DNA of 64,000 nt from Macrostomum lignano (Eukaryota), in assembly GCA_002269645.1 (NCBI GenBank), contig NIVC01003374.1, forward strand, positions 37,282 through 101,281, read 5' to 3'. Of the stretch, positions 13,586 to 25,958 are shown one piece after another. How positions within the stretch are numbered: position 1 is the stretch's first letter; the number at the start of each line of letters is the position of its first letter. Under the pieces are notes generated by a model. The model was not told the DNA's origin. It searched no databases and saw only the letters and a program-made list of their open reading frames with translations. The position numbers were made by a program, and so were the translations under genes.

Positions 13586-16500
13586 ATGGCTGACACAGCT
13601 AAAGCCGCTAACAACAACTCAAGCTCCAAGCCGACTCAAGCCAATAATAATGGTGATGTGAACCAGAGCAGCACAGACCCCAGCGCCAAGACTCAGCAGG
13701 CTCAGTCCCAGCGTCAGGGAACGCGGGTGTTTAAAAAGAGTTCTCCAAATGGCAAAATCACCGCCTACCTCGGCAAGAGAGACTTTGTGGACCATCTGAC
13801 TCACGTGGACCCCATTGACGGCGTGGTCCTGGTCGACCCCGACTACATGAAGGACCGCAAGGTGTACGCCCACGTGCTAGCCGCCTTCCGTTACGGCCGC
13901 GAAGATCTGGACGTTCTTGGTCTGACATTTCGCAAGGACTTGTACATCGCCTGCATGCAAGTTTATCCACCAATTAAGGACAATGCTAAGCCGTTGACTC
14001 GACTGCAGGAGCGCCTCATCAAGAAGCTGGGCGATAATGCGCATCCGTTCTTCTTTGAGCTGCCTCCTCAGCAGAGTCCAGCTTCTGTCACCCTGCAGCC
14101 GGGGCCCAATGACAGCGGCAAACCTTGCGGAGTTGACTACGAGCTCAAGACCTACGTAGCTGAGACTGCCGACGGGAAGTCGCATAAACGTAGCACCGTC
14201 AGGCTGGCTATTAGGAAACTCACCTATGCACCCGAGCAGCCGGGCCCGCAGCCCAGCGCTGAGGTGATTCGCTTGTTTGGGCTTCATCCATTCGGAGGGT
14301 GGCGAAAGGTTCAATAATGAAGTGTCATGGAGACTAACGGATGCATCAGTGGTGGTAGCAGTGGCATCAATGTTAACTTCGGTTATCAAAAGATCCTGAA
14401 GGTTTATGGAGGGTAACTGTTGACATCAAAAGATCCTGAAGCTTCAGGAAAGGTAGAGACGACATCAAAGGATTCTGAGCTTCGGGGAGATTAGGGATAC
14501 TGCGACATCAAAGGATCCTGAAGCTTCAGGGATGGTAGGGCAGTACGACATCAAAGGATCCTGAAACTTCAGGGAGGGTAGGGACGACATCAAAAGATCC
14601 TGAAGCTTCAGGGGAGGTAGGAACGACATCAAAAGATCATTAAGCTTCAGGGGAGGTAGGAACGACATCAAAAGATCATTAAGCTTCAGTGGAGGTAGGA
14701 ACGACATCAAAAGATCATGAAGCTTCAGAGGAGGTAGGAACGACATCAAAAGATCATTAAGCTTCAGGGAAGGTAGGGACGACATCAAAAGAGCATTAGC
14801 TTCATAGAAGGTAGGGACGACATCAAAAGATCCTAAAGCTTCAGGGAAGGTAGGAACGACATCAAAAGATCATGAAGCTTCAGAGGAGGTAGGAACGACA
14901 TCAAAAGATCATTAAGCTTCAGGGAAGGTAGGGACGACATCAAAAGATCATTAGCTTCATAGAAGGTAGGGACGACATCAAAAGATCCTAAAGCTTCAGG
15001 GAAGGTAGGAACGACATCAAAAGATCCTGAAGCTTCAGAGGAGGTAGGAACGACATCAAAAGATTATGAAGCTTCAGGGAAGGTAGAAACGACATCAAAA
15101 GCTGATGAAGCTTCAGGGAGAGTAGCGGCGATATCCAAGGATCCTGAAACTTTAGAGAGTGTGGGGTGATATCAAAGGATCTCAAAGTTTCAGGGAGGGT
15201 AGCGGTGAGATCAAAGGATCCAGAAGATACATGGAGGGTAGGAGACATCCTGACGGCTCATAAAGTGTCCCTTCCCTAACCCGCAGACCACAAAGGAGTT
15301 CATCATGAGCGCTGGCTGTCTCAGACTGGAAGCCAGTCTTGACAAGGAGAAATATTACCACGGCGAATCGATCGCTATCAACGTCCTGGTTGACAACAAC
15401 ACCAGCAAAACTGTGAAGAAAGTTCGAATCTCAGTTCGTCAAATTGCCGATATTTGCCTATTCAGTCCGAATAGTTACAAGTGCGGAGTGGCCGAACTGG
15501 AATCTGAAGAAGGCTTCCCTATTGGGCCTTCGCAGACTGGCTGGTGCAAGGTGTACCACGTGTGCCCCCTGCTGGCTAACAATCGGGACAAGCGTGGCCT
15601 GGCTTTGGACGGTCAGCTGAAACACGAGGACACCAACTTGGCTAGCAGTACCATACTGAAGGATGCCAGCCAGTCTAAGGAGAATTTGGGCATTGTGGTC
15701 AACTATAGAGTCAAGGTTGGTTTCGATGCTATTGTACCATTTTTGAGATTGGATGCTTCAGGTGAGAATTGGATGCTTCATGTGATTATTAGATGCTTCA
15801 GGTGAGAATTGGATGCTCCAGGTGATGATTGGATGCTTCAGGTGATGATTGGATGCTTTAGGTGATGATTGGATTCTTCAGGTGATTATTGGATGCTTCA
15901 GGTGATGATTAAATGCTTCAGGTGAGAATTGGACGCTGCAGTTTATCATTTGATGCTTCAGGTGAGGATTGGATGCTTCAGGTGATGATTGGATGCTTCA
16001 GGTGATGATTGAATGCTTCAGGTGATGATTTGATGCTTCAGGTGATGATTGGATGCTTCAGGTTATCATTCGATGCTTCAGGTGAGAATTCCATGCTTCA
16101 GGTGAGAATTGGATGCTTCAGGGGATGATTGGATGTTTCAGGTGATGATTGGATGCTTCAGGTGATGATTGGATGCTTCAGGTGATGATTGGATGCTTCA
16201 GGTGATGATTTGATGCTTTAGGTGATGATTGGATGCTTCAGGTTATCATTCGATGCTTCAGGTGAGAATTCGATGCTTCAGGTGAGAATTAAGGATGCTT
16301 CAGGTGATGATTCGATGCTTCTGGTGATGATTGGATGCTTCAGGTGATTATTGGATGCTTCAGGTAATGATTGGATGCTTCAGGTGATGATTGGATTCTT
16401 CGGGTGATTATTGGATGCTTCAGGTGATTATTGGATGCTTCAGGTGATGATTGGATGCTTCAGGTGATGATTGGATGCTTCAGGGGATGATTGGATGTTT

Positions 16501-18411
16501 CAGGTAATGATTGGATGCTTCAGGTGATGATTGGATGCTTCATGTGATGATTGGATGCTTCAGATGATGATTGGATGCTTCAGGTAATGATTGGATGCTT
16601 TAGGTGATGATTGGATTCTTCGGGTGATTATTGGATGCTTCATGTGATTATTGGATGCTTCATGTGATTATTGGATGCTTCAGATGATGATTGGATGCTT
16701 CAGGTAATGATTGGATGCTTTAGGTGATGATTGGATTCTTCGGGTGATTATTGGATGCTTCATGTGATTATTGGATGCTTCATGTGATTATTGGATGCTT
16801 CAGGTGATGATTGGATGCTTTAGGTAATGATTGGATTCTTTGGGTGATGATTGGATGCTTCATGTGATGATTGGATGCTTCAGGTGATGATTGGATGCTT
16901 TAGGTGATGATTGGATGCTTCAGGTGATGATTGGATGCTTTAGGTGATGATTGGATGCTTCAGGTGATGATTGAATGCTTCAGGTGATGATTGAATGCTT
17001 CAGGTGATGATTTGATGCTTTAGGTGATGATTGGATGCTTCAGGTGATGATTGAATGCTTCAGGTGATGATTGAATGCTTCAGGTGATGATTTGATGCTT
17101 TAGGTGATGATTGGATGCTTCAGGTTATCATTCGATGCTTCAGGTGAGAATTCGATGCTTCAGGTGAGAATTAAGGATGCTTCAGGTGATGATTCGATGC
17201 TTCTGGTGATGATTGGATGCTTCAGGTGATTATTGGATGCTTCAGGTAATGATTGGATGCTTCAGGTGATGATTGGATTCTTCGGGTGATTATTGGATGC
17301 TTCAGGTGATTATTGGATGCTTCAGGTGATGATTGGATGCTTCATGTGATGATTGGATGCTTCAGGTGATGATTGGATGCTTCAGGTGATGATTGGATGC
17401 TTCAGGTGATGATTGGATGCTTCATGTGATGATTGGATGCTTCAGATGATGATTGGATGCTTCAGGTAATGATTGGATGCTTTAGGTGATGATTGGATTC
17501 TTCGGGTGATTATTGGATGCTTCATGTGATTATTGGATGCTTCATGTGATTATTGGATGCTTCAGATGATGATTGGATGCTTCAGGTAATGATTGGATGC
17601 TTTAGGTGATGATTGGATTCTTCGGGTGATTATTGGATGCTTCATGTGATTATTGGATGCTTCATGTGATTATTGGATGCTTCAGGTGATGATTGGATGC
17701 TTTAGGTAATGATTGGATTCTTTGGGTGATGATTGGATGCTTCATGTGATGATTGGATGCTTCAGGTGATGATTGAATGCTTCAGGTGATGATTGAATGC
17801 TTCAGGTGATGATTTGATGCTTCAGGTGATGATTGGATGCTTCAGGTGATGATTGAATGCTTCAGGTGATGATTGAATGCTTCAGGTGATGATTTGATGC
17901 TTTAGGTGATGATTGGATGCTTCAGGTTATCATTCGATGCTTCAGGTGAGAATTCGATGCTTCAGGTGAGAATTAAGGATGCTTCAGGTGATGATTGGAT
18001 GCTTCAGGGGATGATTGGATGCTTCAGGTGATTATTAAATTCCTCAGGTGAAGAATAAGTGCTTCATTTGTCCTTAATCAGGTCCGCCTAGTGCTGGGTT
18101 TCGGAAGCTCTGACGTGTGCGTGGAGCTGCCCTTCGTGCTGACACACCCGAAGCCCTGTGAGGAGGACCTCTCCGAGGCCGGCGACGCCCCAGCCGCCGC
18201 CTCCGCTGGCTCGACATCAAAGGCCGCCGCTCCAGAACCTGCCGCCGCCGCCGCGGCCGCAGCCGACTCTGACATCCTGGACACCGACCTGATTCACTTG
18301 GACGCTGGCAGCGATGGGGCCCGGAGTCTGCACCTGCACCCGGACGACGATCTGATCTTCGAGGACTTCGCCAGACTGCGGCTTCAGGGCCACGGCGAGG
18401 AGGACGCTTGA
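13586..18411 (+). CDS. ARRB: Beta-arrestin (non-visual arrestin, kurtz-like); exons 13586-14263, 15287-15715, 18082-18411 (478 aa)
   Basis: [25 protein letters not shown]; finger loop [16 protein letters not shown]; [15 protein letters not shown]; [14 protein letters not shown]; clathrin-box-like LIHLD; AP2-binding [13 protein letters not shown]. Both introns are GT-AG, phase 0. Confidence 0.97.
14385..15245. repeat. 39-bp minisatellite (GACATCAAAAGATCMTKAAGCTTCAGGGAAGGTAGGRAC)n in arrestin intron 1
   Basis: Unit read directly; gives the 13-aa periodicity of ORFs 14465 and 14988. Confidence 0.93.
15748..18050. repeat. 20-bp minisatellite (ATTGGATGCTTCAGGTGATG)n filling arrestin intron 2
   Basis: About 2.3 kb, roughly 115 units, running from 32 nt after the donor to ~30 nt before the acceptor. 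Confidence 0.97.
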
Positions 18412-18711
18412 AGACGTTCGCTGTTGCCTGACCAGCTGGTTGAACTTTTTTGCGCGTCTGATTTATGCAAATATGACTAATCATATGCACTATATACTAT
18501 AGCTACTACTAGCTTTCTGCAATATCAGTAGTATGTTGTGGTTAAATGCACCTCTCCATTTGTATTGAAAAGCTACTCTGACTGTCTGATTTATCAATAT
18601 GAACTTTTTGTAGCCCTCTCTGTTTTGTCTGCTAATTCGGCTGGTTTGTTACATGAAGTATAGCGTCCGTCCCGCTGTTGGTGATCTGACTGGGCTGTCT
18701 CCGTTGGATTT

Positions 18712-19410
18712 CAAAATCTCATCTAGAGATTCCTAAATCTCAACTAGAGATTCCTAAATCTCATCTCGAGATTTTTAAATTTAATCTGGAGATTCCTAAA
18801 TCTCATCTTGAGATTCCTAAATCTCATCTTTGAGATTCCTAAATCTCATCTCGAGATTCTTAAATCTCATCTTGAGATTCCTAAATCTCATCTTGAGATT
18901 CCTAAATCTCATCTTGAGATTCCTAAATCTCATCTTGAGATTCCTAAATCTCATCTTGCGATACCTAAATCTCATCTTGTGAATCCTAATTCTCATCTTG
19001 AGATTCCTAATTTTTTCTTGAGATTCCTAAAGCTCATCTCGAGATTTCTAAATCTCATCTGAAGATTCCTAAATCTCATATTAAGATTCCTAAATCTCAT
19101 CTCGAGATTTCTAAATCTCATCTGAAGATTCCTAAATCTCATATTAAGATTCCTAAATCTCATCTCGAAATTTCTAAATCTCATCTGAAGATTCCTAAAT
19201 CTCATCTCGAGGTTTCTAAATTTAATCTGAAGATTCCTAAATTTCATCTCGAAATTTCTAAATCTCATCTTGAGAATCCTAATTCTCATCTTGAGATTCC
19301 TAAATCTCATCTTGATATTCCTAATTCTCATCTCGAAATTTCTAAATCTCATCTTGAGAATCCTAATTCTCATCTTGAGATTCCTAAATCTCATCTTGAG
19401 ATTCCTAAAT
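18712..19410. repeat. 21-bp self-complementary minisatellite (AAATCTCATCTTGAGATTCCT)n after the arrestin stop
   Basis: Unit read directly; AATAAA follows at 19501. Confidence 0.93.
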
Positions 19411-21199
19411 CTTAATGACACACATTTTCAAACCGACTTGACCCAATCTGATAAAAACTTATTCACCTTCAAATGTGATTTAATTTTAAGTTTTGTGAAT
19501 AATAAACTGAAATGTAGTTATGAAAAAAAGAGAATATTGTATTGAGCTATTTTAACAGGCTTATTTATCAGTACAGATAGTGAGAGTTGTTCAAGTTATT
19601 AACTGTTGTCAGTTGTTGCTAGCACACTTCTCTACCTTGTTTATTTGTAACATTTTTGCTATTTCCACTGCTATGTTGTTGTTGGCTTGTCAAGTTGTTT
19701 TTCATGTTTATATCAATAATTAATAAATCAGAAAAAAAATTATCTTGCGTTTTCCCTCCTGGATTAGGAATTGGTTTTCTTCTCTCAATTGCGCAGATTC
19801 CCTCGAAAACAATAATTAATCCATATTTTACTGCTTTAAAAGTGCAATTCTGCTTTGATCAGATGCCGTCAGCTGAAAATACATATTTATAAATACAATA
19901 ATTATATAATAATTGTTCAAGCTTTGAAGATTTTTATATCGGTGTTCTTTTTTAAACCCTTTCTAGTCATTCGATTTGTGACTCTGATTTTAAGCACACT
20001 GCGCTTGAACTTTTTGCTGTCAGCTTGATTTTGCGTTTTATTTATTTATTTATTTACTTAGTTTTCTTATTTATTTACAGGAGAGCTTTGGGGATGTGAG
20101 GCGAGAGTTGATCAGCATCCAGTCTATGGCCCAAAGGGGGTTTGTGGAGCCGGACAGATTTCCCATCGGGCAAACGTGGATATGACAGACCCCTTTTGTG
20201 CCATAGACAATGAGAGGTAGGTCCTCACAGGTAGCTTGATTCTAGGATTAACAGTACCTTATCAAACAAGAATCAAGTCGCCAGCCTTCCGGACCGTCGA
20301 GATATTCGACGATTCTGCCAGAAGGTCGGATTATTTCCATAAGCGCCAGTGTATTCAGTACACCCCTGTGCGCCAATCAGCACTGCGCCTCAGTGCAGCC
20401 TTGCCAAGCCTCCAATTTTCATCAGCACATCGACCACATGTGTCTGCATCAGCCCTGACTTCGTTGGTCACTGACCTTCACCCAGACGGAGCTTCTGGAC
20501 CTTCAACAGGTGGCACCAGGTGACTATGAACACCCTGATGCGAATTTCTCTAGTTTCACTGATCCAGCCTCGACACTGGGCAAGCCTCAACTCCCGGACA
20601 TCTTCAACTGGTCTCACAAACATTCAGACATTACCCCGACGCCGTCTGGCAACTTCAGCAGGTCGCACCAGGGGACTACATGTAGGAACATCCTATTGCA
20701 ACTGTGTCAGATTTTTCTTTCCTGGGCGAAAAATGGGCTTGGGGTAAAATTCCTACTGTTAGATTGCTTGCGTCCAATTTATTTGTCCAGAGTTTTGCAC
20801 GCAATTTAAATTGGACTCCTGACTGACTGACTGACTGGCTACCAGGATGCTGATTCAATCAAAGTTGATTTTCAATTTTTGTGTCGCGTCTTGCGCGCTT
20901 GGTAAAAGTTGGCCGAGTTTAATTCAATATTGCTGCCTGCTTTTTGGGTCACGTGACTGCTTTGAGTCTACTGAAGTGCATGAGGCTTTCTCACAAATTG
21001 CAGTCTCAGTGTGAGTGCTTGTTTTGGAGAAGTTCTGAAAATTCTTGCTAAACTAAGTACTTCTTGAACTTATAAACGCTCGTACATGCATTGTGTATAT
21101 TTTTTTAATGCAGTAAAGCATCAAAATTTGAATTTCACTTTTAAGTTACTTTCTACGTCACTCTCAATCCCATTCATTTTCACCCTTTTAGTCACTTTT

Positions 21200-21848
21200 T
21201 GAGTCGCTCTCGCTCCTTTTCAGTGTCACTCTCTTTCACCTCACTTTCTCTTTCACTCACTCTCAATCATAACTCAGTATCTTTAAGTGCCACTCAGTCA
21301 TTTTCAGTGTCTCTCTCAATCACTTTTAGCGTCACGTGTCACTCTCACTTTCAGTCACTCTCTCACTCACTTTTAGCGTCACGTGTCACTCTCACTTTCT
21401 ATGTCTGTCTTCCACTCCCTTTCACTGTCACTCTTCACTCACTTTCAGTGTCACTCTTTCACTCACTTTCAGTGTCACTCTCTCACTTACTTTGAGTGTC
21501 ACTCTCTCACTCACTTTGAGTGTCACTCTCTCACTCACTTTCAGTGTCACTCTCTCACTCACTTGAAGTGTCACTCTCTCACTTTGAGTGTCACTCTCTC
21601 ACTCACTTTGAGTGTCACTCTCTCACTCACTTTCAGTGTCACTCTCTCACTCACTTGAAGTGTCACTCTCTCACTCACTTGAAGTGTCACTCTCTCACTT
21701 TGAGTGTCACTCTCTCACTCACTTGAAGTGTCACTCTCTCACTCACTTGAAGTGTCACTCTCTCACTTTGAGTGTCACTCTCTCACTCACTTGAAGTGTC
21801 ACTCTCTCACTTTGAGTGTCACTCTCTCACTCACTTTCAGTGTCACTC
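21200..21848. repeat. CT-rich 20-24-bp minisatellite (TGTCACTCTCTCACTCACTTKRAG)n
   Basis: Direct reading; explains ORFs 21199-22033. Confidence 0.9.
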
Positions 21849-22621
21849 ATTCTCAGCCGAGTTTTGACTTCCAGTTCTCTTCTATCAACCGCATGCCGAG
21901 CTCGGGGAAAAATTGGTTAGAAATTTTTTACCAGGCACAAGTAGCCAGTCATTTACTGTTTGACCAAAAAATTTTTTCTGGAGCGGAGCTGATCGCGCCT
22001 GCACGGCTCCCCACCGCCCCTGCTCCAATTTAGCGGCTATGCAAATTGGACGCACAGCAATTTTCGCGTGTGTCCACGCGATGCTCTGTGCCTTTCCGTT
22101 GCATCAGATGAAGAAGGAGGCTGGCTTACAGAGAGGAGCAATGCCTATGGTTATAGACAAGTGCCGTTCTCAGAATCCACACCATGCTGAGCGGCCGGTG
22201 CAACTCCCCCTACACCGTAGACTCAACTCATTCCGCGGCCATTGTCGAATCGATTGCGGCTTGGGCCGGACAGATACTGAACTCTCTCCAGACGATGAAC
22301 TGATAACGGACAGCGGCCGCGTGGAGAGGCCGGCCTGCTGAGCCAAAAAATCGAAGTTTCCTCTCGGCTCTCTCGTCTATATAATTTTCCAATAACTTGA
22401 CTGGCTCTGAATATCTTTTCCCTACTTTTGGTCTATGAAGTGATGTTGGGCAAATGAGAGGAGGCTGGGATAACTTTTTTCCGAGTCAAGTAATAATTAT
22501 ATAGTGCCAGGAAAAGTTCAGGCTACACTTATTTTGGTCAAAAATTGCTTTGCATCATTTCTACATGTTACCACTGGTCGTGCAGTGGGGTGTAGACAGG
22601 AACTTTCATTAGAGAGCCGTC

Positions 22622-23785
22622 TACATGTATTTGGGGGCGTGGGGTGCGCCACTTCTTTGAGAGAGGCGCCACTTTATTTGGGAGCGTCGCCACTTCTGTG
22701 AGAGAGGCGCCACTTTATTTGAGAGATGCTGCGAGGCGCCACTTCTTCGAGAGTGGCGCCAATTTATTTTAAAGAGGGGCCACTTAACTTCAAAGAGGCG
22801 CCACTTTACTTCAGAGAGGCGCCACTTCTTTGAGAGAGGCGCCAAATTATTTGAGAGAGGCGCCAAATTATTTGAGAGAGGCGTCACTTTATTTGAGAGA
22901 GGCGCCACTTTACATGTATTTGAGAGAGGCGCCACTTTATTTGAGAGGTGCCACTTCTTTGAGAGAGGCGCCACTTCTTTGAGAGAGGCGCCACGAGAGG
23001 TGCCACTTCTTTGAGAGAGGCGCCACTTTATTTGAGAGGCGCCACTTCTTTGAGAGAGGCGCCACTTCTTTAAGAGAGGCGCCACTTTATTTGAGAGGTG
23101 CCACTTCTTTGAGAGAGGCGCCACTTCTTTGAGAGAGGCGCCACTTTATTTGAGAGAGGCGCCACTTTATTTGAGAGAGGCGGCACTTTATTTGAGAGAG
23201 GCGCCACTTCTTTGAGAGAGGCGCCACTTTATTTGAGAGATGCCGCGAGGCGCCACTTCTTTGAGAGTGGCGCCAATTTATTTTAAAGAGGGGCCACTTA
23301 ACTTCAAAGAGGCGCCACTTTTTTGAGAGAGGCGCCAAATTATTTGATAGAGGCGCGTCTTTGAGAGAGGCGCCACTTTATTTGAGAGAGGCGCCACTTC
23401 TTTGAGAGAGGCGCCACTTTATTTGAGAGGTGCCACTTCTTTGAGAGAGGCGCCACTTTACATGTATTTGAGAGAGGCGCCACTTCTTTGAGAGAGGCGC
23501 CACTTTATTTGAGAGAGGCGCCACTTTATTTGAGAGGTGCCACTTCTTTAAGAGAGGCGCCACTTCTTTAAGAGAGGCGCCACTTTATTTGAGAGGTGCC
23601 ACTTCTTTGAGAGAGGCGCCACTTCTTTGAGAGAGGCGCCACTTTATTTGAGAGAGGCGCCACTTTATTTGAGAGAGGCGGCACTTTATTTGAGAGAGGC
23701 GCCACTTCTTTGAGAGAGGCGCCACTTTATTTGAGAGAGGCGCCATTTCTTTGAGAGAGGCGCCACTTTATTTAAGAGAGGCGCC
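22622..23785. repeat. 19-21-bp minisatellite (GAGAGAGGCGCCACTTYWTTT)n
   Basis: Direct reading; each unit contains the GGCGCC palindrome. Confidence 0.93.
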
Positions 23786-25958
23786 AGTCCCAAGGAGCGT
23801 CAGCACCAAAGGGCGCCAATGCAGGGGGTGGGGCTTTAAGCAGTAAGTGCCGAAAATCAAGGTAGCAGTCGCTCCCGCAGCCAGAGAGTAGGCAAGCAGT
23901 TGCGCCTAATTATGGCACTCATCACCGAGCACTCTCAGACACACTGATACACACCCTCAATTATTTCAGTTCTGCACATTGAAGCTGGTAGAGATCGCAT
24001 AATTACGATCTGCGAAACAGTTACGATTTTGCACCTTTAGAACCTGAGCAGCACACAGCAGGATATAACTGAGAAACTCTCAGAGAATAATGAAGATAGA
24101 TGATGTAGATGCATATATACGACTGGGGTTGGAGTACAGATTGGTAATCAGGCTGGTATTGTGCATTCCCAGTTATTATATCGCAGTTTTATTTTGGCTC
24201 TACATCGATACCCTTGCACAGCCTCCTGCTATAGAGGGAGAATTTGGCTTCATCCCAATTATTTTGGAACATCATCTATCTTGTCAGCTGGACTTCAGCT
24301 AAGCTCTCTAGGAATTTGGTATCTGGCTAAAATTCGATGCAGATCAGGCCATGGACTGTGCTAATGTAGCTTCCGGAATAGAAATCCATTGCAACAACAT
24401 ACGTTTAGACCACACACATTATGCATAATTGTCGGTCTTATTGATTTGTGTATTGCGGCAGTTGCCAGTTGTGTGGAAGATTAATTTTGGCAAAGGTTTT
24501 TCCGTTTCGTATTTGATTTATTATTAAAATATTGTTTCCACCCACGATTGCAGAACTCCATGGCTTGGCCAGCCAATTCAGCAAGTTAAAGAGGCGGTTT
24601 CTAGTTCGGCTCTGCCTCTCGGTCTCCCCATCCACTTCCTTGCCCTCTTTGCATTTTCACTCTTTGCATCCCCATTTATAAAATCGGCCCGAGGCACGCA
24701 CCGCTGGCCGCGAATTCCTTTTTACAAGCAGAACGCAAATTTGTGGGATTGTTGAAACACAGCCCTGCTGCCGATTTTTAATTAATCTGCACCCATTACT
24801 AAAAACTGATGGGCCGATTTGTATGCCGATTCGATTCCGCGCGCCATCGTAAAAAACCCATGCATGCGTGCACTTTTAACTCGCTTTTCAATGAGATTGT
24901 ATAAAAAGAGACAGAGGGAGAGAGAGGGGGGGAACGCAACTCAGAAATGCTGTATGCCAATTTCGTTAATGCATTTCTTTCCCCATAATAAATTTCCAAA
25001 GCTCTCAAATACCCGGGGGGGGGGGGGGTGAATCATCTGTCCCCCTTTTTTGAACGAATTTCATACCACGCCATATCCCTTGGATATCCGCGATCCCAGT
25101 CCTGCAAAGTGGGATAGAGTCCAGGCTGGTGAGTCAAGTAGGGGGAAGAGCTGAGCAGCGGTGGGTGACCCGTCCGTCTTCCATCCGGGATCTCCGCTGC
25201 CAACTGATCTCCGCTGTCTGCTGCTCGCTCTTTTTCTTGCCTAATCGACTGCCTCGAGGAGGCTGGGGATGAGGATTCTCGGGGTGGACGTCCTCGGAGC
25301 TTGGGGTGGCTCCTTTTTAGCTCATCATCAACAACCTGTCCTTCTCCCAGCCCCGCCGTCCTCTCTCAAAACCTTTCTCTCAACTCGAACTCTTCTCTGC
25401 TAACCCACACCCCCGACCTACGGGCGCGCATTCGACTCAACTGCAGATGGCTGACTCCCTTTCCCTGTCCTCTGTTCCCCTCCAGCCCCCTCCCTGTCTC
25501 CCTGACTCTGCGTGCCTCGCTCTCGTCCTTTTCCCGAGCTTGCGCGGCCTGAGCTCGCGCCGAAGCCCCCCCCTCCACAGCACCAACACTGGCAGAGTGC
25601 GACAGAACGGGCAAACAAGACTTTAACGCTGGGTTATCGATGGACGATATTGGGCGGGAGTTTGGGGAAGGGGATGTCCATCTCTACCCACTCTCACTTC
25701 TCCAAACCTCTCTCCATCAATCCCGCTTCTCTGGACCCTCTCTCCCTCTCTCTCTTACCCCCTTGACTGCCGCCACGCCTCTGAGGTTAACTAGTCGCCA
25801 AGACTTCTTAGCAGTTCAACCCACTCATCCATCCTTAACACTGCCGATCTTCTCAAGTTAATAACTGTACTGATTTGGCTGCCTTTCTTGTAACTGCAAT
25901 TCTATTAACCTCGAGCTAAATATTGACTGAACTGACTGCTCAGTCGCGTCAGAAGAGA

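Noticed and set aside
9385-18050. CRISPR-like appearance of regular 20-39-bp repeats
   Set aside because: The units are head-to-tail with no unique spacers, there are no cas genes, and the context is eukaryotic.
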